DNA from: the human T2T-CHM13v2.0 reference genome, Homo sapiens
Assembly: GCF_009914755.1 (NCBI RefSeq)
Contig: NC_060926.1
Reading direction: 5' to 3' (one strand)
Length of the DNA stretch: 64,000 bases
Shown: in pieces, positions 1-14,102 of the stretch
How positions within the stretch are numbered: position 1 is the first letter of the stretch
Layout: each line of letters opens with the position of its first letter
Program-made: the position numbers and the translations under genes
Notes under the pieces: model-generated
Database searches by the model: none
Told to the model about the DNA's origin: nothing
Seen by the model: only the letters and a program-made list of their open reading frames with translations

Positions 1-99
1 ACCCTGGAGACAGAGCTTGCAGTGAGCCAAGACTGCACCACTGACTCCAGCCTGGGTGACAGAGCAAGACTCCATCTCAGAAAAAAAAAAAAAAGAAAA
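1..99 (+). mobile_element. Alu 3' end (right arm plus A tail), cut by the window edge
   Basis: GCAGTGAGCCAAG...CTCCAGCCTGGGTGACAGAGCAAGACTCCATCTC followed by poly-A. Confidence 0.95.
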
Positions 100-735
100 T
101 TTGTGAATTTGTATGCAGTTCACTTGCCTGACCCATAAATAAACATGAATGAGTAAAATGGAAGCTCAGCTTAATAATGAGTTATTGCACAATAGGAAGA
201 AATAAGTTAGGGATGGATACAAATTGAAAGAAGGATAAATGCATGCTAACTTCTTATCTTGATCTATAAGTCTAAAAACATCTTAAAAGACCAGATGATT
301 AAAAAAATAGTAACTTTAATTGTTAAAAATGATCATTTATTTTTCCTCAGGTGGTGGCTCAGTGTTCACTCTGAAAAATGAAAAATTGCCCATTTTTGTG
401 AAAAAGTTCTACTGATATGTGAAGGTACCACATTTATTCATTGAATTCTCTTCCTGAGTGAATGACATAGAACCCCGACAGATAAATTAATATGTTAAAA
501 TTAAAAGATTATCTAATAAACAACTTTTCTGTTTTAATAAAATTGTATTTTGATATATTTGAAAGATTTTTATTGTAGTGAAAAATATATATAAAATAAA
601 AAATAACGATGTTGGATAATATCATAAATGATTTCTAAGGTAGAAGGTTCTATTGTTTAGAAAGACATCTTTGAGAGTCTTTTTTCATGAGGCACTAAAT
701 TCCTTGGTACAATAAGTTACCCTAGACAAAGTAGC

Positions 736-1025
736 TTTTTTTTTTTTTTGAGAGTCTTGCTCTGTCACCCAGGCTGGAGTGCAGTGGCACAAATCTCGGC
801 TCGTTGTGACCTTTACCTCCCAGGTTCAAGTGATTATCTTGCCTCAGCCTCTTGAGCAGCTGGGATTACAGACATGTGCCATCATGCCCAGCTAATTTTT
901 GTATTTGTAGTAGAGACAGGGTTTCACCATGTTGGTCAGGAGGTTTTGAACTCCTGACCTTGTGATCTGCCCGCTTTGGCCTCCCAAAGTGCTGAGATTA
1001 CAGGCATGAATCACTGCACCCGGCC
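736..1025 (-). mobile_element. Alu (AluS-like), full length
   Basis: poly-T, then reverse-complement Alu dimer ending CACTGCACCCGGCC. Confidence 0.95.
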
Positions 1026-1263
1026 ACTTTTAGAATATTTAATGCTTCATAAATATGACGTAAAAAAGGGTGAGCTGTAAAGTTAAGTAGTAACTAAGAG
1101 GAGTGCCAAGTTATCACCAGGCAGTTAGCAAGAGGGGGCAAGGCAGCCCCAGGTGTAGAATTAATAATGTGAGAGAGACTAGAAGTTCCAAGAAAATGGT
1201 AGGGTGGGGTGGAGAAATTCCTTCTGATGGGAATAAATGAGGAGATTCAGGATAGTGGTGGCA

Positions 1264-1402
1264 ATATATGCATGTATATATGTGTGTGTGTATATATGTG
1301 TATACGTGTATATATGTGTGTATGTATATATGCATATATATGTATATGTGTGTATATGTGCATATACATGCATATATTTGTATATATATGCATGTTTATG
1401 CA
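1264..1402. repeat. (TA/TG)n degenerate microsatellite
   Basis: alternating TATG/TGTG/TATA; source of several spurious ORFs. Confidence 0.9.
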
Positions 1403-1676
1403 TTTTGCTGCTCTTCGTGGGATGTAATTCTCCCTTATCTCCTCCACATAGTGGTATTGAATTAATGGTGCTTGGTGCTAAGGTGGGGGTGAAAGTGGGA
1501 TGGGTCTCCTCATTAGAGGGAACTGAGTAGAGAAAACATGATCTGCTCTGGAGCACAGAGAAGAGGGCAGGCACCAACAGTAAGTGAGGATAGGCCAAGC
1601 CCAACTAACCAAGAAACTCCCAGAAAATATGGAAGACTCTGAATGCTATGAAGCACAGGGGATAAAGGAATCAAGA

Positions 1677-1843
1677 TTTTTTTTTTTTGAGATGAAGTCT
1701 CACTCTGTTGCCCAAGATGAGTGCAGTGATATGATCTTGGCTCACTGCAACCTCCACCTTCTGGGTTCAAGCTATTCTCCTTCCTTAGCCTCCTGAGTAG
1801 CTTGGATTACAGGCACCTGCCACCATGCCTGGCTAATTTTTTT
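1677..1843 (-). mobile_element. Alu right-arm fragment
   Basis: poly-T plus GAGATGAAGTCTCACTCTG...GGCTAATTTT; left arm absent. Confidence 0.9.
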
Positions 1844-2415
1844 GTGTCTGCGATAATATTTTGTCTTCAGCAAAATTCTATTATTGACCTTAATACATAG
1901 AACCTTATTTGTCTGCATGTCTGGTTTGTGAGCAGAGATTATTTTGAGTCCTCAAAACCTAGAGCAGTGCAGTTGTAAAAGGCTTTGACTGAAGTCTTAA
2001 CAAATATTTGCTAAAAACTGAATTTTGTAGAAATGTTCCAGACTTTAGCATGGAATTTACAATTCACACATTCTTGTTATATTCAAATAATAAACTTTAC
2101 TGAGTCAGCAGCATTTAATATCAACAAGAAAACAGTGAAATAATGTATGGATTAATTCTGAACTGCAAATTTAACTTTAATGTTAAAAGTTTCCATAAGT
2201 TATCCCCAAGCCTGGAAATAAATCCAAACTTGGTCTTAGTTATATATGTGTAAAATGCATATTCATATGAAGAATGAAACGCATCATCCTATATCTTTCC
2301 TTTTTTTTTTCTGATTTTGTGACTTGGATTTGTTTTTACCAAAATTCAGGGATTCCCCCCTAATCCCAGTGAGAATAATGTCTTAAATAAATGGAATTAA
2401 GAAGCTTCAAAATTC

Positions 2416-2708
2416 TTTTTTTTTTTTTGAGATGGAGTCTAACTCTGTCACCCAGGCTGGAGTGCAGTGGTGCAATCTCAGCTCATGCAATTTCCACCTC
2501 CCCAGATCAAGGGATTTTCTTGCCTCAGCCTCCTGAGTAGCTGGGACTACAGGTGCATGCCACCATGCTCGGCTAATTTTTTGTATTTTTAGTAGAGACA
2601 GGGTTTCACTGTGTTGGCCAGGATGGACTCGATCTCCTGACCTCGTGATCCACGTGCCTCAGCCTCCCAAAGTGCTGGGATTACAGGCGTGAGCCACTGC
2701 ACCTGGCC
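2416..2708 (-). mobile_element. Alu (AluSc/Y-like), full length
   Basis: reverse Alu dimer; TSD-like CAAAATTCTTT / CAAAACTCTTT on the two sides. Confidence 0.95.
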
Positions 2709-3455
2709 CAAAACTCTTTAAAGTACTCAACCTATCATAAGACTAGTAGGTGTTTCTCAACTCTCCTTCTCAAAACATGAGATCATGAGGTCTTAATGCT
2801 GAATATTATGGATTATTTTATGTAGAGAACATGGAAGAAAGCTGGACTGTGCTCCGGCTCAATCGGCTCCACTTGCACACCTCTCAGCAATTCTCAATTC
2901 TCACCACCAGAGAGAAGAAGGCAGTCCCTACCTGACCATCGCCTGGCCTGGCTACCTTATCTGTCTAAACAGTGCATTGCAGGAGCCCCTTTCCTTTCTG
3001 TGCTGTTTTATTTTTTCTCCCCCAGTATTTTTCTAATTAGAATAATTGAGGAGAAATACAAGATTTTCATGGAAAGAAAGCAAAAGTCTTCCAAGTATGA
3101 GAAAAATAGAACAAAGGCTGTTTATATCCATATTGATTATAGTGGGAAGGTATTATTGTAATAAATGTGATGGTTATTAAAGCAAGTCTTGATTTTAAGG
3201 AAATGTTTTATCTTGGGACTGTGACAGGAGATTATGTGATGTTCATGAGGTGATCATACTGTCTCTGTCCAGGTCTCTGTAACATGTAGAACACAACAAA
3301 GGAAGAGGTTCAGTCCCATTTCATTTACAGAAACAGCTTGTTCCTCAGTAGTATTCTATATATAAAAAGTAAACACACACACTATAGTTCATAGAGAATA
3401 CATTCACATGGATTACTAGGAAAACTAAATTATCCTTTCAAAATAATTAAAAAAG

Positions 3456-3760
3456 AGCCAGGTGCAGTAGCTCATGCCTGTAATCCCAGTACTTTAGGAG
3501 GCTGAGGAGGACGGATCACTTGAGGTCAGAAGTTCAAGACCAGCCTAGCCAACATGGTAAAACTCCATGTTTACTAAAAATACAAAAATTAACCAGGCGT
3601 GGTGGCATGCTACTCTAATCCCACCTGCTCGGGAGGCTGAAGCAGGAGAACCACCTGAACCTGGGAGGCAGAGGTTGCAGTGAGCCACTGCACTCCAACC
3701 TGGGTGACAGAGCAAGATGTCTCAAAAAAAAAAAGAAAGAAAAATAAAAATAATAAAAAA
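3456..3760 (+). mobile_element. Alu (AluS-like) with a small right-arm deletion
   Basis: GCCAGGTGCAGTAGCTCATGCCTGTAATCCC...; GAGATCGCGCC segment missing near 3686; A-rich tail. Confidence 0.95.
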
Positions 3761-4762
3761 GGAATTCTTCTCAAAAAACTACCTTTCTATTAGATATTTT
3801 TTATCTCAAAACATAAAAGGTAAATTTTGAAATAACTAATAGTTAATAAGAAAAACATATAAATAGTACGTAACTAGAATTGTTAATTTCTTGAAACTTA
3901 TGGTTTGTTTTTATGTTATGTTAGCAGGATATGTAAATCTAATGACATTCAAAAAGCATAAAGTGAGAAAAAAAGAGGCTGGTATTGAACATGTATATGT
4001 TTACTATATTCTAATAATTGTCAAGTTGTTTAATTTCTGCATGAATGTCTAGGCTTCATTATAAGTCTTCAGCTAAAATTCTGCCCATTTTGGTGAAGGA
4101 ACTGTGTGTGGCACATAAGGAAAGCTTAATGTTAGTGTTTACCATAGCCTTACTAATATAATCCTATAATATTGTTCTCCATGTTCCCAAAATTAAAAAG
4201 TAGTCTAATTCTACATATGAACTCAAAATAAATGTATACTGTTATGTGTTATGTGGCATAACTCAAAATAATTAGAACTAAACACAGCTTTTATTTTCTC
4301 ACACATACTGAGTATGGAATTACTATTATTTTTGTTTCCTTTATCAGAGGTAGATGAAACTTGATAATATAGTCACTGACTGAAGGGCATTGTTTTGCCA
4401 AAGTTCGTTAAGTTAAAAAATATTTTGGATCAATAAATGTCTTTCATTAAAATATTCACCTACATAAAATAAGTATTCAGAATTGCATAGGACATATGAA
4501 TGTCATCTTTCTTTTGCTGTTCATTTACCCAACATTTTTCTTCTTTTTATATGTGCCAGGTTGAAAATTGTCATCCCATACTCTTTTCAGCTAAGAATAT
4601 TTCTGTGTTGGGAATATCTTGAATTTCCCTCAAGGGTTGATGATATTGCCCACAAAGACTTTAGGCAATTTTGATGGCCAGAATGAAAACAGGCAGCTAA
4701 GATATTTATTTTTTTAAAAAAAGGATAGAAAACTTTGTAATCTAATCATGCATCGTAGGAAG

Positions 4763-5206
4763 TTTTTTGTTTTTTTTTTTGTTTTTTTTTTTTTTTTTTT
4801 TTTTTTGAGAGACAGAGTCTTGTTTTGTAGAGCAGGCTGGAGTGGAGTGGCGTGATCTCGGCTTGCTGTAACTTCTGCCTCCCGGGATGAAGCGATTCTC
4901 TTGTCTCAGCCTCTGGGAGTAGCTAGGATTACAGACATGCGCCGACATGCCCAGCTAATTTTTGTAGTTTTAGTAGAGATGGGGTTTAGCCATGTTGGCC
5001 GGGCTTCCTCAAGCGATTCTCTTGCCTCAGCCTCCCAAGTAGCTGGGACCACAGGCGCCCGCCACCACGCCCGGCTAATTTTTTGTATTTTTAGTAGAGG
5101 CGGGTTTTCACCGTGTTAGCAAGGATGGTCTCGATCTCTTAACCTTGTGATGAGCCCACCTCGGCCTCCCAAAATGCTGGGATTACAGATGTGAGCCACG
5201 CCCCAC
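4763..5206 (-). mobile_element. Composite (chimeric) Alu of ~440 bp
   Basis: right arm, linker and part of the left arm to ~5005, then a restart inside a second right arm (TCAAGCGATTCTC) with a second linker and a complete left arm. Confidence 0.9.
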
Positions 5207-5358
5207 TCTGGAAGTAATTATTAATAATGTTATTTCTCCTTCCAGTTCTTCAGTTTGTTAAGCTCAACTGTTGAAAACATTTATTTGTCCCAGGAGATTA
5301 TAGGAAAAAATTAAGTGAATCTACTTAAACATAAAATTCCCAGTTTTAGAATAGATTC

Positions 5359-5659
<301 letters not shown>

Positions 5660-6030
5660 TAGGGATGTCATTTAGCTAATTTAATGTATTTTTATGCCAT
5701 AGTTCATATTTTCTGTGCTGTAAGTATTTTCTATATGTCTGATTTATGTTGAAGAATAGTATCTCTTTAGACGCAGAGGCATACTGTGAGCATCTACACC
5801 ATGGCAAATGGCTTTGCATTTTGCACTCTATACCATTGCCAAAAAAAGGTTTGATTATGCTACTAAAAATCCGACATGAATCAGTGAACACCAAAAGCCA
5901 ATAATTTTCGAATCTCAAAATAGTGGAATGTTTAGAATTGTGCTATTTTCAGTTTATTTTCTCCATCAATTTTCATTAGAAAGCGAGTAAGGAAAGTGGT
6001 AGAATTTAGGAGTTAAAAAATCAAATTAGC

Positions 6031-6336
6031 GGGCAGGGCGCGGTGGCTCACGCCTATAATCCCAGCACTTTGGGAGGCTGAGGCGGGCGGATCATGAGAT
6101 CAGGAGATCATCCTGGCTAACAGGGTGAAACCCTGTCTCCACTAAAAATACAAAAAATTAGCCGGGCATGGTGGCAGGTGCCTGTAATCCCAGCTACTCA
6201 GGAGGTTGAGGCAGGAGAATGGCGTGAACCCGGGAGGTGGAGCTTGTAGTGAGCCAAGATCACGCCACTGCACTCCAGCCTGGGTGATAGAGCGAGCCTC
6301 TGTCTCAGAAAACAACAACAACAACAACAACAACAA
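6031..6336 (+). mobile_element. AluY-like element with a (CAA)n tail
   Basis: AGAATGGCGTGAACCCGGGAGGTGGAGCTTG (AluY-type motif); CAAATTA on both flanks. Confidence 0.93.
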
Positions 6337-7589
6337 ATTAACACCTTGCTTATTATAATAAATAACTAAAGTAATCCAATACCTGTAACCTAGAGAATAA
6401 GGTTCACATCACTTAAAATGGCATTATACATAAAAGAAAAGATTGGTTCTACTACATACATCAGGCTTATTAAGTCACACTAGACAACTGAGGTTGCCTA
6501 AGACGTCATTGTCCTGGACTTGCAAGGGCCTCCAACTCCAGTTAAGGTGATAAGAAAAAATGAAAACGAGCAACCTAGCAATTTTCACAGGCCTCAGGAA
6601 ACTGGGGCCACATCGAACCCAGTCACAGGTTATACCAATTTGATTTACAACAATGAAAGAACCATCTGCTTATACTTGAGTTACAGCACATCCCTTTGTA
6701 GACATCCATACAATAGAAAGCCCCAGCAGTTGATTCACAGTAGAACAAAGTGTTTGTGTCAAGCAAAGGAAATTCTGCACTTAGATGAAATTTTATCGGC
6801 ACATTTAATTAAAAGATGGTGTAGGTAGGCATAAGTAAGAAAACCATAAGCAGACATAGTCAACATACTAGGTAAGTAAAACCAAATCCAGAAGATTGTA
6901 TTTAGTAATATTCATTTCAGATTTCCTTGGATAATTGTGGTTTGCCTTATATCTTTTGACTATGACACAGAGATTTTATTCACTTTTTAAAATATCTCCT
7001 AGAATGTAGCTTGAGTCAGTCAAACAGGAAAACATATTGCAGCATTCTCTCTTTTACCTCCCCCAAAGCACTGTAATATGGCTTTTGGAAATATTTCCTC
7101 ATTGTCCTTTAGTTTTTGGAATGATGTCTGAGATACTGCTGTATGTAAATACAATGATATTCCATATTTCCTGTAAGTTTGCCTATTCAGAAAGCTGCAT
7201 TTACATACATGCTGAAACACAATCGCTGGTGATGTATCAACCAGAAATTTTATGTGTGAGCCTAAAAGGAAGTGTTGAGTCTTTCTCTACTTAAATAATT
7301 AGAAATTAAAAGTACCTCTTCTGCATTCTACAGCTTATGTAATATTAAAAGAAGGAATTTTGGCAAAGTAACTGAGGTTATCAGTTCAGTTCAATTTATA
7401 AATTTAGTGACATCAACTTGTCCCAGCAAAATAATCAGTAGATACTCCATAATCACCACTGTTTCTGTTTTCAAGTGGAGAGAAAAAAAAATAAATTAAT
7501 TGTATTATATGTTACAATCTTGGGTAAATTCTTTTCTAAATTGGTGGGTATAGCACAGCAAATCAAAGGTTGATAACATAAAATAGTGG

Positions 7590-7740
7590 ACTAAACTTCA
7601 GCTCTAAAAAGTTAACAAATCTTGAAGTCTGCTTGCTCAGTTGTAAAATGGGGATAATATTCTCACCTTTGAGTATCTCACACAGTTGCTGTAGGATTTA
7701 TTTGAGAAAAAATATGCGTAAAGATGCTTTGGACATTATA
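7590..7740 (+). mobile_element. MIR SINE core fragment
   Basis: TGTAAAATGGGGATAAT...CTCACACAGTTGCTGTAGGATT...GAGA resembles the MIR core. Confidence 0.7.
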
Positions 7741-8559
7741 AAACTTCATCTTAATACAGAGTAAAATTATAAAATTTGATTTGAATGATACCAACTAGTT
7801 GGGGATAAAACATTTTACATAAGAACTCCTTGAAAAAGGCAATCATGTGTCATGTCATGTTTGTCATCAAGGATGACAAGGTTTCAATTTGCCTAGGTCA
7901 GAAATGCTGTGGTTCTATTCCCTCAACAACTAGTTACTTCTGCTTCGAGTACATGTTTTCCAAAAGCTAGAAAACACCCATCAAAAGGCTACTTTCCAAA
8001 CATAAAAAACAGGTTTACTTCAACACATTATGTCTGTAGGAAGAGTCAAATGAAACAAAACTACTGAATCATTTCCAGGATAGAGTCATAGTATCCAAAA
8101 TTTGGAACAGAATTGGATGATAGTTGTAGGTCAAGTCCCTTTGCAGGTATAAATCCCCCCTTTAAAGTGGAAAAGTATACAAATTGTGTAATATAGGTAT
8201 ACATTATAGACTATACATGACTGGAATTTCAGAGGCATGTATGCAATATGAGTTTAGCATGGAGAAATAGCCAACTGGGTAAACATAATTGATCCATGCT
8301 GCTATAAAAGATAATCAAAGCTAAAGCTGATTGCCAGTTACACATTTAGATCTTTTATGCAGCGAATTATGATAAGCAGATGCAGATTTTTTTGTTTCAG
8401 ACATTTCCCCTAAAAACTATCCTACATAAGGAAATTTCCTTTATGAATATGCCAGTTACTGTGTCTATTACAGGTCTTCCAAAACATACTATTGTAGGAT
8501 TTGTGAATAAATATAATGGATGGAAGCAAATTAATGTTTTAGAATCTAATAAATTTTAA

Positions 8560-9330
8560 AAGTCAACTTAACTGAGGTTTACTTTCAATACAATAAAATA
8601 CATCCAAATTAAGTACAAACATATAAAGTTATGTGGCTACCACCAATGAAGATATTGAAGCTGTCTATCACCTCAAAGGTTCTTTTGTACTCCTTACAAA
8701 AACCTCTGGCTCCAAGCAGCCATTGATCTGCAACCTACCACTATAAATTCAGTTTCTAGAATTTTGTAATAATAAACTTTTATAATATACCTACTGTTGT
8801 TTCATTCTCTCAATATATTTTAGGATCACCTATGTTGCAAAATCAGTGGTCCTTTCTATTTTATTCTATTGTATGGAAATACTACAATATGTTTATCCTT
8901 TAGCCTGTTGGTGAACCATTTACAAATGTTTCTATTCCTTGATTATTACAAGTAAAGCTGCTATGTTCATTTGTATGCACATGTTTTCATTTCTCTTGAG
9001 TAAGTAAGAATGGAATATTCTAGGTCAAATTGTAAGTGTATGTTTAACTGCCAAACTGCAATCCAAACTGATTATCCACTTTATACTCCCACCTAAATAT
9101 GATAATTCAGGGTGTTGTATGTCCTCTCAAACATTCAGAATTGACATTTTTTGGATCCATTATAGTTTCTGTGCAGTGTTATTGCATTTTGATTTTTAAG
9201 TTCCATTCCCAGGTGGTTAATGATGCATTTTTCAGTGTTTATCCATCATTCATATATCTTTGGTTATTGTCATCTACTCAAATCTCTTACCCATTTTGTT
9301 ATTGTGTTGTTTGACTTCTCACTATGGAGT
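8560..9330 (-). mobile_element. Old L1M 3' end fragment
   Basis: typical antisense L1M 3' motifs: CAGCCATTGATCTG, TAAAGCTGCTATG, TTTTCATTTCTCTTGAGTAA, TACTCCCACC. Confidence 0.7.
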
Positions 9331-9334
9331 TTGA

Positions 9335-9619
9335 TTTTTTTTTTTTTTTTTTTTTGGAGATGGATTCTCACTCTGTCACCCAGACTGGAGTGCAGTGGCA
9401 AGATCTCGGCTCACTGCAAGCTCTGCCTCCTGGGTTCATGCCATTATCCTGCCTCAGCCTCCTGAGTAGCTGGGACTACAGGCTCTCACCACCACGCCTG
9501 GCTAATTTTTTTGTATATTTTTAGTAGAGACGGGGTTTCACCGTGTTAGCCAGGATTGTCTCGATCTCCTGACCTTGTGATTCACCCACCTTGGCCTTCC
9601 AAAGTGCTGGAAATAGAGG
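9335..9619 (-). mobile_element. AluY-like, ~20 nt 5'-truncated, with an 11-bp TSD
   Basis: CTGCAAGCTC and CCGTGTTAGCCAGGAT motifs; TGGAGTTTGAT at 9325-9335 and 9620-9630. Confidence 0.95.
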
Positions 9620-9799
9620 TGGAGTTTGATATTTTTTTCTACAGTCCAGTAAAGTCTTTTGTAAAATTCTTTTTCTTTCTCTCTTACTCTTCCTCTTTGA
9701 CCATATTTATATCTATCCATCTATATCTATACAGTTATAAAAATACAAACTCATAAAACTCAAGAAACCCTAAGCAACATAACACAAGTAAGCCACAAG

Positions 9800-11620
9800 A
9801 CAAGTCAGGGAGATAGGAAGACCACAGGGTTTGAAGAGTGCAGGGCAGGACAGGGCTCCACAGCATGTCCAGGCTCCATTGTGAACAGCCCTGCAGCTTG
9901 GGTCATATGATCTTGCAGGACCTGTATTCTTGCAGGTGTCAATGGTGGTCGCAGTGTGGCACACATGGCAATTCTCAGTGAAAGAATTACAACACCAGCT
10001 CCTGGGATTCTGAAACAAAGCCATGCCCTCCATAGCAGAGAATTATATGTTGGACCTAGGAGAGATGCTGTGCTTGATAAGTTACCATGCTTCTGGCGCT
10101 ACCTCTTCCAGGCTGAGTTCTATTGGAACCACCAAGTCATGACACCAGAAGGGAAAAGAAGTAGTTCATCATGAGGTGGAAATAGTAAATATGAGACAAA
10201 GGCCAAGCAAGATGAGAGCAAGTGGATAAGTTGAATAGCAGGTAACCCAGATCCTCATGTCACCCACCATGTTTGCACCAGCAACCTTCCTTCAGCTCAC
10301 ACCTGTGACTGCATTTGTGTCCCTGTGGCCATCTGAAGGAGGGAGAAAGGGGCAATCTCTGTTTAAAGGTGTAGTTGCATTGCACCCCTATGCAAGAATG
10401 ACTCTGAAAGACAGAAGGAAATTAAAATATTCCCTATTAGCAGCACTGGGAACAGTGGCCCTGGCCATCTACTTTACATAGAAGAAACATGGCCTAAGGC
10501 AGGAATATAAACAGATTTCTTTGCCGTAGTCAGTGGGTGAATCATCTGGTCAGAGGCTTAGATAGAAAAGAACTGAAATATCTGAGACGAGGAAGCTGGG
10601 TTAGAAGCATATGAGTGGACATGCAGGAGCAGGCACGGAGTGTAAAGAATCTTGTATTGCACGTTAACACTCACAAGAAAGCACTCACCACAGAAGAGGC
10701 ACTCAATAACCAATCAGACAAAATGACATGACAAGCTGCCAGCCTTGGAGATTGGCTTTCCCACAACAAGCACAACAGTCACACATATGCAGTCACTCAT
10801 ATGACCATGTTGGCAGAGATGGACGATACATATGGGCCCCACAGCCTGGACTTTTATGTATCAAGGTTTATGTAACTACTGCTGCCTCTGACTGTCTTAC
10901 TTTTCAACAGCGTAAATCAATAATGAGACTCTTATATGGCAAGTCTTTTGACCTTGAATGACCACCTTTTCATCCTCAGAGGGACATATCCTTATTCCAG
11001 GGCTGGGTTTGGCACTTCTGTTCACAGATCCTGAGCCAGGACCACTTTTCTGAGGCTTCCAGAATTCCTGATCCACAGGCATAAAATCCCACATGGTATA
11101 GCATCTGACCAGGGTTCCTTGTTCACAGCAAAGGATGGGCAGAAGTGGGTCCATGACCATGTAATCTACTATTTGTATTACATACACTCTTCAAGAAGCA
11201 GCTAGACTCATGGAGCCCTGGAGAAACGTTCTAAAGATGCAACTGAGGCACTATGCTAAAGGAGACATTCTGAATGCAGGGGGCACCATCTTTTATACAT
11301 ATTCTATCACAGATCTTTATATAGTAGTTCTTCTTCCATAGGAAGAATCTACAGGTTCAGAAAACAAGAGGTAGAAACAGGAATGTCCCTAATTACAAAT
11401 GCTCCCAATAATCTTCTCAGGTTTTCCTGTGCTTCTCATCACTGCAGCTCTGGGATCTGGAAGGCAGGCAAGTCCTGCTCTCTAAAGAAGGTTATCTGTT
11501 GGGTGCTTTAGATTCCTTAGGTCCAGTAACCAAAAGACAAGAAATACGTCACCACTGGGGCAGGATGAATACACCCTGATTAGCAGGAGGAGGTAGGGCT
11601 ACTTTTCTACAAAAGAAGCA
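9800..11620 (+). mobile_element. Ancient ERVL-class internal region (degenerate pol: connection, RNase H, integrase), ERV3-16A3-like
   Basis: manual translation gives LGSYDLAGPVFLQVSMV (9897), LGF*NKAMPS, HVNTH, HVGRDG and IASDQGSLFTAK (11098), collinear with ERVL Pol motifs LGPYDPADPMVLEV, LGFWSKALP, HVNAH, HGGRDG and IASDQGTHFTAK; many stops and frameshifts. Confidence 0.85.
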
Positions 11621-11629
11621 GAGATAATT

Positions 11630-11630
<1 letters not shown>

Positions 11631-11669
<39 letters not shown>

Positions 11670-11732
11670 TCACACACACACACACACTCCCCACTCCGAT
11701 ACTCTCTCTCTCTATTTCTCTCCCCCTCACAC
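11631..11732. repeat. (CT)n(CA)n compound microsatellite
   Basis: direct reading of the sequence. Confidence 0.92.
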
Positions 11733-11917
11733 GACTGGGCATTCAAAGGCAGTTCTGAGACCAACTGCTATAGCATGGGCTAGAGTTGGTCTCATTAACC
11801 TTCCTTTTCTAAGGTTCCCCTTGGAAAAGAGAGGATCATGGGAATTTTGGAAGAGCTGGTATGAAGAACCTGTTTGGACAAATATGTGTGTGCTGTGGTG
11901 GGGTTAGGAGGTGGGGG

Positions 11918-12341
11918 TAATGGATTTTAATGACCAAGGAAATTTGAAATGCAGGTATCCTGAATCAGACAGCATAAGTCAGCGACAGCCTGGCTTTAGC
12001 CTTCTGTCTCTGGAAGCACTTCTACACTTGTGCAGCAGTCATGTTTCCAACAGTCATAGAGCTACATGGGGATTGTATGTGAGGATGTTTCCAGTGAGTT
12101 GTGAGAGTCTCCAATGAGTAACTTTAATTTAAGGAGTCCACAGTGACCTAAGCCAAAGCATTCTTGGAACCATGCTGTAGTCTCTTTCTACCCCAATCAG
12201 CCTTCCTTCTCTCTTTCCCTCTACAGGTGTAAGATCTGCACCTTAGTCTGAAGATTCTACCCACCTTCTCCTGCTTCCTCCTTCTTCCCTCTTGCAAATT
12301 TAATTCCATGGTGGTGTTTGCCTTTAGCAGATCTAAACATT
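11918..12341 (+). mobile_element. LTR16-like 3' LTR of the ERVL element
   Basis: follows a G-rich PPT-like tract; ends ACAGGTGTAAGATCTGCA...GTCTGAAG...CTCTTGCAAATTTAATTCCAT...GATCTAAACA, resembling recalled LTR16 3' ends. Confidence 0.65.
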
Positions 12342-13103
12342 AATTCAAGTCATATGATCAGATAAGATGAAAAATGACTAAAAATGTCATTCATGACATG
12401 TGAGTGGTGAGCTCTGCCTGGCAGTAGGGAGGAGAGAATTCTGAGAGAAATTAATTTGGAAAAAACAATGCTGCACATCCCAGCAAATACCATCCCATCT
12501 TATCTCTGCTAGGAATATTTTTTGTAACATGCATATGATTCACTTTTGCTTTATGAAGTAAATTTATATTTTAAGAATACAGCAGCAATTTGAGTGCTGT
12601 TCACAGCTAGTGTGAACTGAAATTTGAGGTAGGCTATAGAAGAAGGCCAATGACAGATGGGTTAGTAGAACAAAATGGATATAAATAGGAAAAAGTGAAA
12701 AATCAGTAAGACAGTATGTTGGAAAGGAGTACAGTAGTTGGAAGAATTAATGATTCAATATTTCTATAAAGAGTCTCCATTTAGATGATTCAAAGAGTAT
12801 CCATGAAGAAATGCACATTTTATGGAATATACAGAAGTGTGATTAGTGGTGAAGGAGGGTGAATTTTGTTTGTTATATGACTATGACATGTAGAGAACTT
12901 CTCATTCAAGGTGAGTGTGCAAAAATATTACAAAACATGTGGAGAATTAACTATTAGAGAGATAATGAAATAATTATACAAAGAAACCTCCTAGAGATGA
13001 ATTCACCACAGCAAATATGAGAAATATTATAGCAAACTAAATTTTCCTTTTAAGTGAGTACACTTAGAATTCTCAACTGGCTTTTTAAGAAGAAAACATC
13101 CAG

Positions 13104-13410
13104 GGCCAGGCATGGTGGCTCACGCCTGTAATCCCAGCACCTTGGGAGGCTGAGATGGGTAAATCATCTGAGGTCGGGAGTTCAAGACCAGCCTGGCAAA
13201 CACCGTGAAACCCCATCTCTACTAAAAATTCAAAAATTAGCAGGGCACGGTGGTGGGTGCTTGTAATCCCAGCTACTCAAGAAGCTGAGGCAGAAGAATT
13301 GCTTGACCCCAGGAGGCAGACTTTGTAGTGAGCCAAGATGGCATCACTGTACTCCAACCTGGGCAACAGAGTGAGCCTCTGCCAAAAAAAAAAAAAAAAA
13401 AAAAAAAAGA
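13104..13410 (+). mobile_element. Alu (AluS-like)
   Basis: complete dimer plus long A tail. Confidence 0.95.
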
Positions 13411-13456
13411 ATAAAATTCATCAAAAAGAATAGAAGACTTAAAAATAAAAACAGAC

Positions 13457-14054
<598 letters not shown>

Positions 14055-14102
14055 GTAGGCAAAAAAGAACAAAGTAAAGATTGATATAAAAAATTAAAAG
14101 CA

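Noticed and set aside
1114-1604. Cluster of overlapping His/Tyr/Ile/Cys-rich ORFs
   Set aside because: Translation of a TA/TG microsatellite.
6520-6828. 102-aa ORF in non-repeat DNA
   Set aside because: It starts at TTG, shows no recognisable domain and has a length compatible with chance.
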